Assembly (NCBI RefSeq): GCF_006345805.1
Contig: NC_042999.1
Coordinates: forward strand, 157,108,001 to 157,172,000
From: Octopus sinensis
Taxonomy: Eukaryota
Direction of reading: 5' to 3'
Length of the DNA: 64,000 nt
Shown here in pieces: positions 1-12,969 of the stretch. The translations under genes and the position numbers were made by a program. How positions within the stretch are numbered: the first letter of the stretch is position 1; each line of letters starts with the position of its first letter. The notes beneath the pieces are model-generated. The model saw nothing but the letters and a program-made list of their open reading frames with translations, was not told the origin of the DNA and did not search any database.

Positions 1-39
1 ATATATATATATATAATATATATATATAATATTCATATA

Positions 40-70
<31 letters not shown>

Positions 71-141
71 TTATGTATGTATATGTATGCATACATATAT
101 GTATATATGTATGTATACATACATATATATATACATGCATC

Positions 142-183
<42 letters not shown>

Positions 184-550
184 CACACATATGTACGTAG
201 GTATTTATGTGTGTGTGTGTGTGTGTGTGTGTGAGTGTTAACCTTCCCCCACCCCCACCCCGCCTAACTGTCAATGAGCTGTAAACAATTTTTCATAATT
301 TTGTGCTGACAGACTGTAACAATCTGACCTCCCCTCAATACTTTTATTATTATTGTGCGTAGCAGACTTATGCTCGTCCGGTTTCGGTTTCTGAGCCTAT
401 GACACTGGGCCTTCCATCTGTTGTACTAAATTTGTTTTTTTCACAAGATTTACTTGTAAAATCGTGATATTTCTTAGTGACAAGGAAATATGGTACATAC
501 ACACATACACAGGGAGAGAAAGAGACAGACAATGAAAGAGGGAGAGAGAT

Positions 551-581
<31 letters not shown>

Positions 582-617
582 TAGCAATGACCAGCACTGA
601 TAATGGCCAAATTTTAT

Positions 618-662
<45 letters not shown>

Positions 663-739
663 CACTTACTGACATATATATAAGTACATATATATATGTG
701 CATACACATGCTGACAATATATATATATATATAATATAT

Positions 740-781
<42 letters not shown>

Positions 782-820
782 TATACATATGTATATATAT
801 ATGTATATACATATATATAT

Positions 821-1051
821 CTATTTCTTTATTACCCACAAGGGGCTAAACACAGAGGGGACAAACAAGGACAGACATAGGTATTAAGTCGATTACATCG
901 ACCCAGTGCGTAACTGGTACTTAATTTATCGACCCCGAAAGGATGAAAGGCAAAGTCGACCTCGGCGGAATTTGAACTCACAACGTAGCGACAGACGAAA
1001 TACCGCTAAGCATTTCGCCCGGCGTGCTAATGATTCTGCCAGCTCGCCGCC
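821..1051 (-). mobile_element. tRNA-derived SINE family A (full length)
   Basis: Head ggcggcgagctggcagaa (A box), gagttcaaattcc (B box), body cctttcatcctttcggggtcgataaattaagtacc. Confidence 0.85.
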
Positions 1052-1089
1052 TTTATATATATATCTATGTATGTTTGTGTGTATGCAAG

Positions 1090-1155
<66 letters not shown>

Positions 1156-1453
1156 TATATATACTAAATTAATAACTATACAAATAATTATATTAAAGGG
1201 TCCGGATTAACCACACCAAAAAAAAAAAAAATTTTTCAACTGCCTGATTACAACCTGTGCTAATGGAGTATTGAGGTGGTTTTTAGAACCATTTGGCATC
1301 TATTTCTAACGTCTTGGTGTGGTCAATCAGCACCCTTTAATATAATTATCTATATAATTATCAATTTGGTATAAAATGTTACTTACATGGTTTTTATTTC
1401 GTGCTGGCAATTTGATAAAGATCATTAAAGTGATTTTATCCCTAATTATATAT

Positions 1454-1492
<39 letters not shown>

Positions 1493-1528
1493 CACACACA
1501 CGCACACACACACACACATATATATATA

Positions 1529-1808
1529 TTGGTAGAAACGGTAAGATAACAAAAGAAAGAAAGAGACCTAAATATTATGTAAATAGAGGAAATTTATCTG
1601 TAAAATAATATTTGACAATTATTCAATAGCCTGAGTTTCAGATGCCGAGGTGGAGATCCACAACACCATCTCTTCGGTTATCTGGCACAAAACTGAAACA
1701 AAACAGATGGCCAAATAACCGAAGAGATGGTGTTGTGAATTTCCACCTCAGCATCCAAAACTCAGAGTTTTATCTTTGCTATTGAATAATTGTCACATAT
1801 TATTTCAC

Positions 1809-1810
<2 letters not shown>
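1529..1810. mobile_element. Asymmetric foldback element in (TA)n (copy 1)
   Basis: Arms ~1597-1686 / ~1710-1810; homologous to 54160-54402. Confidence 0.7.
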
Positions 1811-1850
<40 letters not shown>

Positions 1851-1951
1851 TTATATATCTATACATATATATACATATGCATATATATATATATATACAT
1901 ATATATACATATGCATATATATATATATATATACATATATATACATATGCA

Positions 1952-2024
<73 letters not shown>

Positions 2025-2147
2025 GCACATATACATACACACACACACACATACATACATACACACATACATACACACATACATACATACATACATACAT
2101 ACATACATACATACACACACACATACATACATACATACATACATACA

Positions 2148-2177
<30 letters not shown>
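1811..2177. repeat. Compound microsatellite (TA)n/(CA)n/(ATAC)n
   Basis: Direct inspection. Confidence 0.95.
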
Positions 2178-2179
<2 letters not shown>

Positions 2180-2346
2180 GTTAATTTGAGGAAGTTAAGT
2201 CCTCACCAGGGGTAATACAATCCAATGTATTCCACTCGTTCAATCTGTATTATATAATAGTTAAATCATTTGTATATGTTTAGAATTATAAAAATGTTTA
2301 ATATTAAGGGAAAAACAAGAAAATGAAGAATAAATGGATTTAATTT

Positions 2347-2824
2347 CTGATTTATTTGCTTGTTGTAGAAAGATGACGATTTTAAAAAAATAGCATTACA
2401 AATAAAAAATTGGAAGTTGAAAGCTCAAAAAAAGTTAAGAAAAGACATAAGAAGAACCTGCATATATGTTTCTGTCAAATCAATAGGTTGATGGGAATTT
2501 CCAAAACATGTTGCTCAATGTCAAGGAAATTACCACATTCATACTTATTTTATGGTTTTACTTCTTTAGGTTTCAAAAAGATAACCTAAATGGAGTTAAC
2601 TCTTTTTGAACCTTGAAGAAGTCGAATGAAGCATGAATGTGGCAATTTCAATAACATTAAACATGTTTTGGAGATTTCCATTAAACTTATTGGTTTGACA
2701 GAAACATGTAGGTTCTTACATTTTTTCCTTAACTTTTTTTCTGAGCTTTCAACTTCCAATTTTTTTTATTTGTAATGTCGTTTTAAAAAGAATGTCATCT
2801 TTCTACAACATGCAAATAAATCAG
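2347..2824. repeat. ~480-bp imperfect palindrome
   Basis: Arms ctgatttatttgcttgttgtagaaagatgac... / ...gtcatctttctacaacatgcaaataaatcag. Confidence 0.8.
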
Positions 2825-2834
2825 TTTCCGCATC

Positions 2835-2975
2835 ACCCACCAGATAAGAGATCAGGGGACCCTGTCAAAGGCTTTCTCTAAGTCCACAAAAGCCAAGTAT
2901 AGGGGTTTATCTTTGGCTTGGTATTTCTTCTGCAGTTGCCATACCAGAAATATAGCATCAGTGGAGCTGATAGAG
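2835..2975 (-). mobile_element. RTE RT fragment (same family as the 33.9 kb LINE)
   Basis: STDAIFLVWQLQKKYQAKDKPLYLAFVDLEKAFDRVP. Confidence 0.85.
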
Positions 2976-4397
2976 ATAGCTGGTACTGGTGGGGGGAGGG
3001 GGAGATGGCAGGCCCACCACGAACAAACAAAGTTTAATTTGAGGAGATGGTACGGGGAACAAAAATAATAGTAATAATAATAATATACCTTCAGAGGGTT
3101 CGTGGCAGATGAGAAATTAAACCAACAAAACGAGAAATTAAGCAAACCAAGAAACGAGTAATTATCGTAAGGAAATTACATGAGAGATGAAGAAGTTATA
3201 TATTGAGGGGTCAGTTTAAACGGTTAGCTTCTGAAAACTAGCTGTTAGTATGTAACATTTAAAATGTTAATGGCAAATGAATGTATGAAAGAGTGAATAA
3301 ACCCCCCAGAGAATCTTATGTGCATATATATATTAATATTAGGGAAGTTATTTCCGAGTCCACAGGGGTGAGACGTTCAATTTAGTAGTACCAAAATGAA
3401 TTACTCACTGTATTATATACATAAAAATAGATAGGTTTAAGAGACAGAATCACCCTCAAGCAACTCAATCATCATTGAATGACATTATCCACAATATGTA
3501 CATATAGGACTAAATATTAAAATTATCAAAATTAATACCTTCAATTCTTATTACAAATCATATACTTTACATTATCTAGACTACATGCATTTCATGACAA
3601 CATATTCCTCGATATTGCTGAAATAGAATGTCTCTATGCAATACCATATTAAAATGATTATATTGCCAATCTTCAGGTCTAGCTTATATGAACTTATTTT
3701 GCTATTTTCATCGGATATTAAGACATGACAAACTGAAATTATATAACTAGACGTTGTTGGAATAATTTTACGTTAGTAAATAATGAACAGAAATGTGGAA
3801 TAAAAATAGGAAAAAGAAATGTTAGTAAAAAGAAATGTTAACATATCTGTATGGTAATTTTCACTCCAAGCATTAAACATTGCTACCAGAATTTATATAA
3901 TCCAACATTGAGAATTACTTCGTAGGGTAGATAATTCTTATTAATATTTAAAAGTTCTGAAAAGGTATTTTCTATTATTTATAATAATAATAAACCAGGA
4001 GAAGCCAAAAGTGCGTGTATGATGGGAATAGTCTTATTTTTATGTTAACTTTGATAAATAATAAATTTCTAGGTCGGTAAATAGGTAAACTAAATTACTG
4101 AACATATGATTTTTAAATATTTTGAAAAAAGTAAAAGTCAGTAAAAATCTAATTTTTTATTATTTTTATAATTATAATACAATTAATATATATTGATTAT
4201 ACTATTATTCTTAAAATTGACGTTATTCTTAAACTTGAGTTTCTAAATTAAGATTAAAAGTTTAGACTAATACCATCTAATTTTATACTATAGATTTTTA
4301 TTAAGAAACTAAAATATCTGAAATGATTATACATTAGATATAATGTATAATCATATTTTGTTATTTAGTATAACTAGAATATACCTACTTATTTATA

Positions 4398-4774
4398 CAC
4401 TTGCGTCAGAAATTAATTAGCACTTCTCAAATTTCTACATTAAATAGGTTAAATCAATTAACCTATGAGCTGTTCAAAACGTCTTACGCGATGAGAAAAC
4501 TTAGTATGGTGTGATTTCGGTCCTTGCGAGGTGCTACCTATATCTATTAAACAAAGGAAGATTTGTCTGCATCTGCACTCCAATTTGTTGCACTGCTATG
4601 TCAACATCATAAGCCTGTAGACTCTCAAACTGCTCTGCAAACAAAGTTACATCATCGTTCTGCGCAACAGTGAACTCGCAACAAAGCAATAGTTCGAGAT
4701 ATGGCCACTAGGTGACAGCACATACCTTGAGTGAAGAGCAAATCAAGGGTGCTAATTAATTTCTGACGGTAGTG
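4398..4774. mobile_element. Tc1-like MITE
   Basis: 26-bp TIR (CACT..CGTCAGAAATTAATTAGCAC, 2 mismatches), TA on both sides. Confidence 0.75.
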
Positions 4775-5379
4775 TATATAAATGTCAGATAATATTTAAT
4801 TAACTTCTAATTTCAGATATTTTAGTTTCAGATTAATGAGTGGAAAAAACTGGTAACTACATAGACAAAGGTGTGACTACATACATAGAAACAAATGAGC
4901 AAAAATATAAATGGGTGTGTAGCCACTAGTTCCTTATGGCAGTTTCTGCCAAGAGGCAACAAAATCTTCCAGGTTATCTCCATCACTTCAATGCTATGCT
5001 GGGATGAACAGACAAGGCTCAGATAATGGATATGCCCCTAGATTTCTTCAGAGGATCTAAGTAGTGGGGGGGGGAGGCTGACATGTGTAAAAGTCAGTTA
5101 GGAATAGATAAGGTGTGCTTATCCTTTTAAATAGAGTAGGGTAAGAATAGGAATAAGAGCAAAAGCAAGAATACAAGTGAAATACAGCAGAGTACAATAA
5201 TGTGGATATAGCAAGGGGAAATAAGGTATAGACTTCCTTTAAAGTATTTATAAAATTCATGGTATTTCATTTAGTGGTGGGTAGGTGAATAAAGTCACTT
5301 TCAGGAAGAATTTTTTCAGGATGTATAATTTTAGGCAGTAGCTTGTAACCCCAACTAAAATTTTTGTTAAGGGTAAGTT

Positions 5380-6285
5380 ACTTAAGGTTGTCAGTTCATT
5401 CATGTACCTTGGAAGTTTGCATAAAATAATGCAAATCTGCGAATTCAAAGGGCAGCAAAAGCATTTGGTGGCTTGAAGTTACATGTTTAGAGCCAGTGAC
5501 ATATAAATAACAATACAAAGCTGGCTCTTTGCAAATCATTTGTCTTACCATCCCTGTTGTATTCTTGTGAAACATGGACATGTGATGTAAGACATTTTAA
5601 ATTATTAGAACAATTGCACCAAAAATGCTTTCATCACATTTTAAACATTAAATGGAGTTCTTTTACTCCAAACACAGACGTCCTTGCATCTGCAGGCATC
5701 ACCTCAATTAAAGCTATGATTTTGAGAAACCAAATGAGATGGTGTGGCCATATTGTTTGAATGGCGGATGAATGCATGCCGAAACAGCTGTTTTATGGTA
5801 AGCTTGCAGAGGGGAAACGCTATCAGCATAAGCCTAAAAAAAGGTTTAAGGACAGCATAAGGACTACTATGGAGTCACTTGGAATGGATCCAGAGGACAT
5901 AGAAACCTTTGCTTCAGATCAAGCTGGATGGCCATCAAAAGTGTGGAGTGGAGTGAAAGTGTTTGAAGAGGCCAGGATAATGCATGCAAGACTCAAAAGA
6001 GATTTAAGGAAGAATGTTGTGATAGAGAAGGTGAATCACAATGACATTTTTATGAGTACAGTTTGTGACAGACCATGCCATTCTTCTGCTGGGCTCAAAT
6101 CTCATTTGCAAACCCATGATAAAAGAACCTCCACCCAATTATTCTTCCCATATATGTCTGTGCACACTTTTGAACACAGTGTATGCCAGAAGGTTTGCAA
6201 ATCTAACAGAGGCCTCAAAAGACATTTTAAGATCCATAAAGAACAGAACTTATCTACAGTTCTTGGTCATCCAAATCGGATATGA
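5380..6285 (+). mobile_element. RTE LINE 3' fragment with two C2H2-like fingers
   Basis: YLGS, YSCETWT, MRWCGHIV*MADECMPKQLFYG, KPKKRFKD, then two C-x3-C-x8-H-x3-H type motifs. Confidence 0.8.
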
Positions 6286-6388
6286 AATCTATGGAGGTTC
6301 TTTTCAGAACATTGTCTGGTTTGAAAAGCCTCAGATGCCATGATGGTTCTAAGGTGTATATATATTTTTTGCTGAACCCTTTTTATTA

Positions 6389-6440
<52 letters not shown>

Positions 6441-6441
<1 letters not shown>

Positions 6442-6639
6442 TACTAATAAAAAGGGTTCAGCAAAAAATCGCCTCACCACACACTGAAGTTCAGAAATAG
6501 CAGCCAAAAATCTTAGCCATTTCTTCTACTTTAAAAAGGGTCTTCCTAAAGTAGAAGAAATGGCTAAGATTTTTGGCTGCTATTTCTGAACTTCGGTGTG
6601 TGGTGAGGCAATTTTTTGCTGAACCCTTTTTATTAGTAT
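6441..6639. repeat. ~200-bp near-perfect palindrome (MITE-like) with extra terminal copy at 6366-6389
   Basis: ~90-bp arms, ~14-nt spacer. Confidence 0.85.
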
Positions 6640-6740
6640 TACTAAAATTTACCATATAATGGTCCTGTTTTCATACCGAATTCTACTTGGTGAAATTTAT
6701 TGATTACTTCTTAATTAATTAATTCACCCTTTGTTATTAT

Positions 6741-6787
<47 letters not shown>

Positions 6788-6814
6788 TATACATATATAT
6801 ATATGTATATATTC

Positions 6815-7026
6815 AATATGTGACAACGGGTGTATCATTGGTGATTTTCTTTTTCCGTCTTCCCTTCCTTGGACCTTTCCTTTTTCTATGTTTCTGACGA
6901 AGAGCTCCGCTCAAAACGTTACATCCTCCTTCTTTCTTTCCTTTCCTGAGCGTCCAATAACACTATACTTGTCCACATCCTCGTGTTGTTGTGATTTCTC
7001 TTTGTGTTTCCTTGTTTGGATTAACT
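6815..7026 (+). mobile_element. Solo PLE-type terminal repeat with hammerhead-like motif (6894-6921)
   Basis: CTGACGA-A-GAGC TCC GCTC-AAAA-CGTT (G12 lost at a CpG); between (TA)n tracts. Confidence 0.6.
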
Positions 7027-7037
7027 ATATATATATA

Positions 7038-7195
7038 TGGGGAGAATTCACAAAAAACAAAAGATGAAGACAGGTGGTGTAGAAAACAAACAGATGTATT
7101 AGTATAATGCTTGGGAATTGAAAAAGTCTTTAATGTTTCGAGCCTACGCTCTTCCACAGAAAGGAACACAGAAAGAAACAAGGAGAGGAAAAAAT
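7038..7195 (-). mobile_element. Related solo repeat with variant hammerhead-like motif (7127-7163)
   Basis: CTTT-CTGTGGA-A-GAGC GTAG GCTC-GAAA-CATT^AAAG on - strand; between (TA)n tracts. Confidence 0.6.
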
Positions 7196-7237
7196 ATATA
7201 TATATACATGTGTGTGTGTGTATATCTATATACATAC

Positions 7238-7290
<53 letters not shown>

Positions 7291-7799
7291 TAGGTATATA
7301 TACATTTATGTGTATATACGTACAATAACAAGCAAAAAAAGAGAACGATTAATATTTTTGTAAACGTTAGAAAAGCTACTGAACGTAGATATTCATAACT
7401 GGTTTCATAAACTTGGTTAACCATCAGTTAAATTCTGTGAAAAATCTAAGTTTGTACAATGGTCTTAGCACTACATTTAGCCATGATAACATCCTGCTCT
7501 GTCATGTGCAGCAGCAAATGCAATGAACTGATGTTGCTAAATATACCATACTGCAGCTTCTAGACATGGTAGAGACATCTACCTACCTATATCCTGTTCA
7601 TCCACGTGGCCTTAACAAAGGGAATAATTGATGTCACTTCCAAGTGACCTGAGTTGACCAATAGAGGCCTAACATCTAGAAGTTATTTTGAATTTCTCTC
7701 ATATTCTGTTACACTGTCTGCAAATGCTTGATGTGTTACATTTCTTCTAAGAGTCTACAAAACTTGATATTGCATGGAGCTGAGTCAAACTTTTATTAA

Positions 7800-8059
7800 T
7801 GCCGGTGGCACGTAAAAAGCGCTATCCGATCGTGGCCGTTTGCCAGCCTCGTCTGGCACCTGTGCAGGTGGCACGTAAAAAGCACCCACTACACTCACGG
7901 AGTGGTTGGCGTTAGGAAGGGCATCCAGCTGTAGAAACACTGCCAGATCAGACTGGGCCTGGCACAGCCTTCTGGCTTCCCAGACCCCAGTTGAACCGTC
8001 CAACCGATGCTAGCATGGAAAACGGACGTTAAACGATGATGATGATGATGATGATGATG
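7800..8059 (+). mobile_element. 5'-truncated RTE 3' UTR copy with (GAT)n tail
   Basis: Near-identical to ~39080-39320. Confidence 0.85.
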
Positions 8060-8308
8060 TAAGACTGAGCAAATGTGTTGAATAAAACATTTTCATTTGT
8101 CAACTTACAAACATATATATATATATGTATGTATGTGTGTGTGTATATCATCATCAGAGGTTAAAATGACTATCTAAGGGATAAAAGTATCCATTACACT
8201 ACTGGTATATTACCTATATCTAATCATGGACATACATAGGCAAATATATTATGTTCATAAGTTATAGGTAAAGACAAGTATTAACATGAGTTTATCAGAA
8301 TGAAAATT

Positions 8309-8462
8309 TAAAGAAAACAGAAAATGGAGAAGTACTGATTAACAACAATTGACTTACATTAATTGTTATTTATTAATTCAATGCAAATAGATTACATTTA
8401 ATTAATAAATAATCGATTGTAAGTTGATTGTTGTTAATCACTACTTCTGCATTTTCTGTTTT

Positions 8463-8467
<5 letters not shown>
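8309..8467. repeat. Foldback end of a repeat family also present at ~15355-15565
   Basis: taaagaaaacagaaaat... / ...attttctgttttcttta then (TA)n. Confidence 0.7.
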
Positions 8468-8535
<68 letters not shown>

Positions 8536-8924
8536 AGAAATTAAAGATTATATGAGGAGGTGGCATGTTTGAGGGTGTGTGCATGCCCCATTTATGAAGG
8601 TGAAATTAGGGGTTTGGAGGGGATGCACGAGTTTGTCAGTCTCAGATTATGCTGGTGTTGATGGTTGTTGAACCTGTTCTTGGAGGTTGGGATACTATCC
8701 TCAGTGCAGCCACTGCAAGGGAGCAGCTGATGTTAAGGTGGTATGTCCAGATTGTTAGAAGCCAGTGGTTTGAAGTTTACCAGGAAAAGCCTTTAACAAA
8801 GTCTATCACGATATGATGTGTCACAAGCTGTGATATCTTGATATCTGTGATATCTTGTGATAGCTGTGATATCTTGGCATATTTGGAAAACTTGGAGAAT
8901 GGCTACATAATTTACTGAAAGAAG

Positions 8925-9506
8925 TCAGGTAATGTGGTCGATGGGGCCACCTCCAAGAAAACACAAATAATGAGTGGTGTTCCACAGGGCACTGTCCTGG
9001 GGCTCCTTCTATTCATGGTGACCCTCGCTGACATGCCCTCAGCTGCTCCAGCTAGCTATGCAGATGATACAAAATCTCTCAGAGGATACAGAACCCCAGA
9101 CATGTTGCCTATCTGCAATGTGAGTTGGATGCAATATACAGACTGGCTGAGGAAAATAACATGCAGTTTAATGCTGGAAAATTCCAAGCCCTCCCAACAC
9201 ACAAAGCTCAATGAAAAGCAGATAAGATTCACTGGTCGAGGAGGGATTCCAATCCTTGAATCAAAATCAGTGCACGACCTGGGAATCAACATGAGTAATA
9301 ATGCATCTTTCCAGGTGCACATTGCCAAGTTGGCAATAAAATGCAGACGTCTGGCCAGGTGGATCCTTCAACCTTCCAAAACAAGTGAAAAGGAAACCAT
9401 GATGGCCCCCTGGAAGACATTTGTTCTCAGCTGTCTTGATTACTGCTCCCAACTGTGGTCACTGAACAGTGTAAAATTAATGATGGAACACAAGGCAATC
9501 CAGTGA
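8925..9506 (+). mobile_element. CR1/L2-group LINE RT fragment
   Basis: SGVPQGTVLG, YADDTK, DLGI, LDYCSQLWS with frameshifts. Confidence 0.8.
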
Positions 9507-10287
9507 AGCTACACAAGGTGTGAAAACTCCTGGTTTGTTCAGTGTCACCATCTATCAGGAATCCCTGATATCGATGTTTCAAGCTTTTTGACTCTTGTCA
9601 GTGGGATGTACCTAAGAGAGGCAACTCTGAACAAACTTATAAAACAATAGCTTTATGTAAAATTCAGTCAACATGTTGACTGATTTGCCTCACACACATT
9701 TAGTCTCCTTTTTTATATGATTCCATCCATATTTGGGATGTTTTGTAATGATGTACACTGACCCACTATTTGATTGGTTCTTTATATTAGCAAACCTGGA
9801 ATGATGAAAGTCAGAGTTAACTGCATGGGTTCTTAAATGGTCATAATACTGTAAAGCATTTTATTTGATGCTGTAACAGTTCTGCCAATTGTCCATCTAA
9901 GTCTGATTGCTATCTTCTGTTTGGAAATAATTCACTTTCAGTACAGTATATCTCTAAATCAATCTCCAACTAAATCAAAATCATGATCGCTCACATTTTT
10001 AATTTATAACACCTAAAAAGCACATCTACATTTTAAGATCTAAAAAATTAAAATCATTTTAAAGCAGGACTAGATATATATCTATATATATATTCTTATA
10101 CCATATAGTACATTTTTTTTCTGTGGTATTTTGGAAAGCATAAACAATAATAATATTTCTGTCAAATCAGAAAGATACTATTCAGATGTCTACTATCTCA
10201 TTGTTATTCGAAATAGTAGATACCTCAGAAGAAGTACATATCATTAAAAACAAACATACACCCATGTTCATATACTTGTGTACATAT

Positions 10288-10358
10288 AATCATCATCATC
10301 ACCATTATTATCCTCCTCAGCCTCCTTCTCCTCCTCCTCCTCCTCCTCCTCCTCCTCC

Positions 10359-10407
<49 letters not shown>

Positions 10408-10432
10408 TTTCATCATCATCATTATCTTCATC
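10288..10432. repeat. Compound trinucleotide tract (CAT)n(CCT)n(CAT)n
   Basis: Direct inspection. Confidence 0.95.
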
Positions 10433-10630
10433 TTTATGTCTACTTTCCATGCTGGCATGAATTGGACAATTAGACAAGATCTGGAAGATCAGAGGACTAA
10501 GTCTTTTTCCAGTCTCTTAGTGCTGGCATAGTTTCTATGGTTAGGTGCCCTTCCTAACACCAATCACTTTATAAGGGGGGTACTGGGTTCTTCTTTAGTA
10601 ATGCCAACTCTTGTGAGGTTACCTTGTAGT
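10420..10630 (-). mobile_element. Decayed RTE-tail copy
   Basis: tttccatgctggcatg...ggtgcccttcctaacaccaa after (CAT)n. Confidence 0.55.
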
Positions 10631-11342
10631 TCACAAGACTAAAGCCCTCTTTACTTGAGACAAAGAATAGAAGATAAACTGGTCGCTAAGTGAGAAGTGT
10701 TGAGCAATTAATGTATGATTGAAGTAGGGACAGGTTTGTTGGGAAGGAGATTAATGGTCCCTTCACATTTTACATGGGTAGGGGTGATGGTGATGGCACA
10801 GCTGCCACAAGAAGTGGAAAATATGATGGTGATGAGGTGTCAAAATGTACCCTTAAGGTGACATGTCCAAGAAGGTGAACAGAAGAGCAACTGTGGCCCT
10901 AAATACTGAAGACCTGCAAAAACTAAACAGCAAAGAAGAATGGATGTGCATTTCTGATATGATAAATATTATTATACCCCATTGTAATCCAATATATACT
11001 TTAGTTCATAAGTGTTGAGAGAAAAACTGATCATATGAAAAATCAGATGTATTGTACAAGCGAGAGAACAGCAATGTTTTGATGAAGTGATGCATATGAG
11101 TGAAGGTAGTGGAATAAAGAAGGGTCAATTATTTCCGTAGAAGAGGGAGACTCATGAAGATGCAAGGATGTGATTGTGAGGGCTGATTTCAGAATGCCGA
11201 GCCTTGTGGAGGAGTTAACAAAGAACTGAAATGATTGGCAATATGCATTCCTCACGTAGATCTGCTCAGCTATGCTAAAGCAGCATCACTGAAGTTCCAT
11301 GCATTTATGCTCCTTTCACTCTCAAATGTATAGCTACACATA

Positions 11343-11720
11343 TACTCTTTTACTTGTTTCAGTCATTTGATTGCGGCCATGCTGAAGCACCGCCTTTAGT
11401 GGAGCAACTCGACCCCGGGACTTATTCTTTGTAAGCCCAGTACTTATTCTATTGGTCTCTTTTGCCGAACCGCTAAGTGACGGGGACGTAAACACACCAG
11501 CATCGGTTGTCAAGCAATGCTAGGGGAACAAACACAGACACATAAACACATACACATACATACATATACATATGTATACATATATACGACAGGCTTCTTT
11601 CAGTTTCCATCTACCAAATCCACTCACAAGACACTTTCCCAAGATGCCACACAGTGGGACTGAACCCGGAACTATGTGATTTGTAAGCAAGCTACTTACC
11701 ACACAGCCACTCCTGCACCT
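11343..11720 (-). mobile_element. SINE family B (tRNA head + CORE-like + internal microsatellite + 3' half)
   Basis: Head aggagtggctgtgtggtaag / ggttcagtccc, CORE-like accttgggcaagtgtctt, tail gactgaaacaagtaaaagagta. Confidence 0.85.
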
Positions 11721-11993
11721 ACATTTGTACATAAAAAAATAAGAAAGAATACTTTTGCATTATTCCATTGGCCCCTTATTTTTGTTTAAAACAAGAAATC
11801 ATGCCAAAAGTATACATGAATGTTAATAACAAGTCATGATAATGAGTAGCTAATACTTGAAATAAATAATTTGACAATTTCTATAAATTTTTTTCTAACT
11901 CCTATTTCAGGTGTATGAACCTCATCTTGAAAACCATTACAAGAAACTTCACTGATAGATTTCATCAGCACGTTACAAAACACAGTCTACAAT

Positions 11994-12157
11994 ATGTCTG
12001 GTAGAGAGCTTGAATTATCACAAAGTGAATATTCAGAATTAATGCCATATCAAAAATATTTTTCAAATCTTCCTTCTACAGTGGCACCATTTTATAATAT
12101 GGCATATGATGAACAAACGAATGTACCAGATTTTCGACATCAAGAAAGTAGTGTACA
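11994..12157 (+). CDS. First coding exon of Smad MH2-only (Expansion/Rebuf-like) gene; exon starts at 11911 with 5' UTR
   Basis: Strong acceptor (ttttttctaactcctatttcag|, branch-like CTAAC) at 11910. ATG at 11994 has A at -3 and upstream in-frame TGA stops. Open frame MSGRELELSQSEY...HQESSV; donor |gtaagt at 12158; ends in phase 2. Confidence 0.7.
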
Positions 12158-12344
12158 GTAAGTATGAAAATTTGTATAACCCACTTTAAAGATATCAATG
12201 CAATTTCAATAACTTATAAATGAGAAAATTATGAACATGAGACTCTATAATTGTTAAATCTTTCCTTCGCAACAGAATGAGAGCTAACCACTAATAAGGG
12301 TTTCAAATTTAGGCACAAGGCCAACGGTTTCAGGGCAGGGGTAA

Positions 12345-12492
12345 GTTAGTTACATCAACCCCAGTGCTTCACTAGCACTTATTTTATCAACCATGAAAGG
12401 AAGAAAGGCAAAATTGGCCACGACGGAATTTGAACTCAGAACACCTCTAAACATTTTGCCTGGCATGCTAACAATTCTGCCAGCTTACCACC
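12345..12492 (-). mobile_element. SINE family A (diverged)
   Basis: Homology to 821-1051. Confidence 0.65.
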
Positions 12493-12564
12493 TTAGCCAA
12501 TCACTAATAATGAGACAAGTTTCTCATACTTGAGTTACTTGCATTTATGCAATGTATCAACATA

Positions 12565-12772
12565 TACTCTTTTACTTGTTTCAGTCATTTGACTGCGGCT
12601 GTGCTGGAGCACCGCCTTTAATCGAGCAACTCGACCCCGGGACTTATTCTTTGTAAGCCCAGTACTTATTCTATCGGTCTCATTTTGCCGAACCGCTAAG
12701 TGACAGGGACATAAACACACCAGCATCGGTTGTCAAGCAATGCTAGGGGGACAAACACAGACACACATACAT

Positions 12773-12803
<31 letters not shown>

Positions 12804-12969
12804 CATATATACGACGGGCTTCTTTCAGTTTCCGTCTACCAAATCCATTCACAAGGCTTTGGTCGGCCTGAGGCTATAGTAGAAGACACTTACCCAAGGT
12901 GCCACGCAGTGGTACTGAACCCGGAACCATGTGGTTGGTAAGCAAGGTACTTACCACACAGCCACTCCT
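12565..12969 (-). mobile_element. SINE family B
   Basis: Full-length homology. Confidence 0.85.

Noticed and set aside
1630-1690. Hammerhead in the 1.5/54.2 kb foldback family (CCGAAGA-GATG...CATC-Y-GAAAC)
   Set aside because: Needs U4>C plus an extra base before G12, and stems I and III are unclear. Left as unresolved rather than called.
71-2215. Many ORFs rich in IY/YI, CV/VC and HT repeats (also at 21.2, 39.7, 40.6 kb and elsewhere)
   Set aside because: They are translations of (TA)n, (CA)n, (ATAC)n, (GATA)n and RY tracts, which lack stops in several frames.
3480-3990. Very decayed AP-endonuclease-like frame on - strand (FSLSCLNIR...IETF); similar trace LKVGSYNI at ~45200 (+)
   Set aside because: Too many stops and only single motifs recognisable.
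4832-4870. Possible upstream 5' UTR micro-exon (tttcag|...|gtaact or |gtgtga)
   Set aside because: Weak donors and no coding constraint to test; cannot be supported without RNA data.
10186-10477. Poly-Pro/His, poly-Met/Arg and poly-Asp/Glu ORFs
   Set aside because: Trinucleotide microsatellite at the tail of a decayed retroposon; no splice or homology support.
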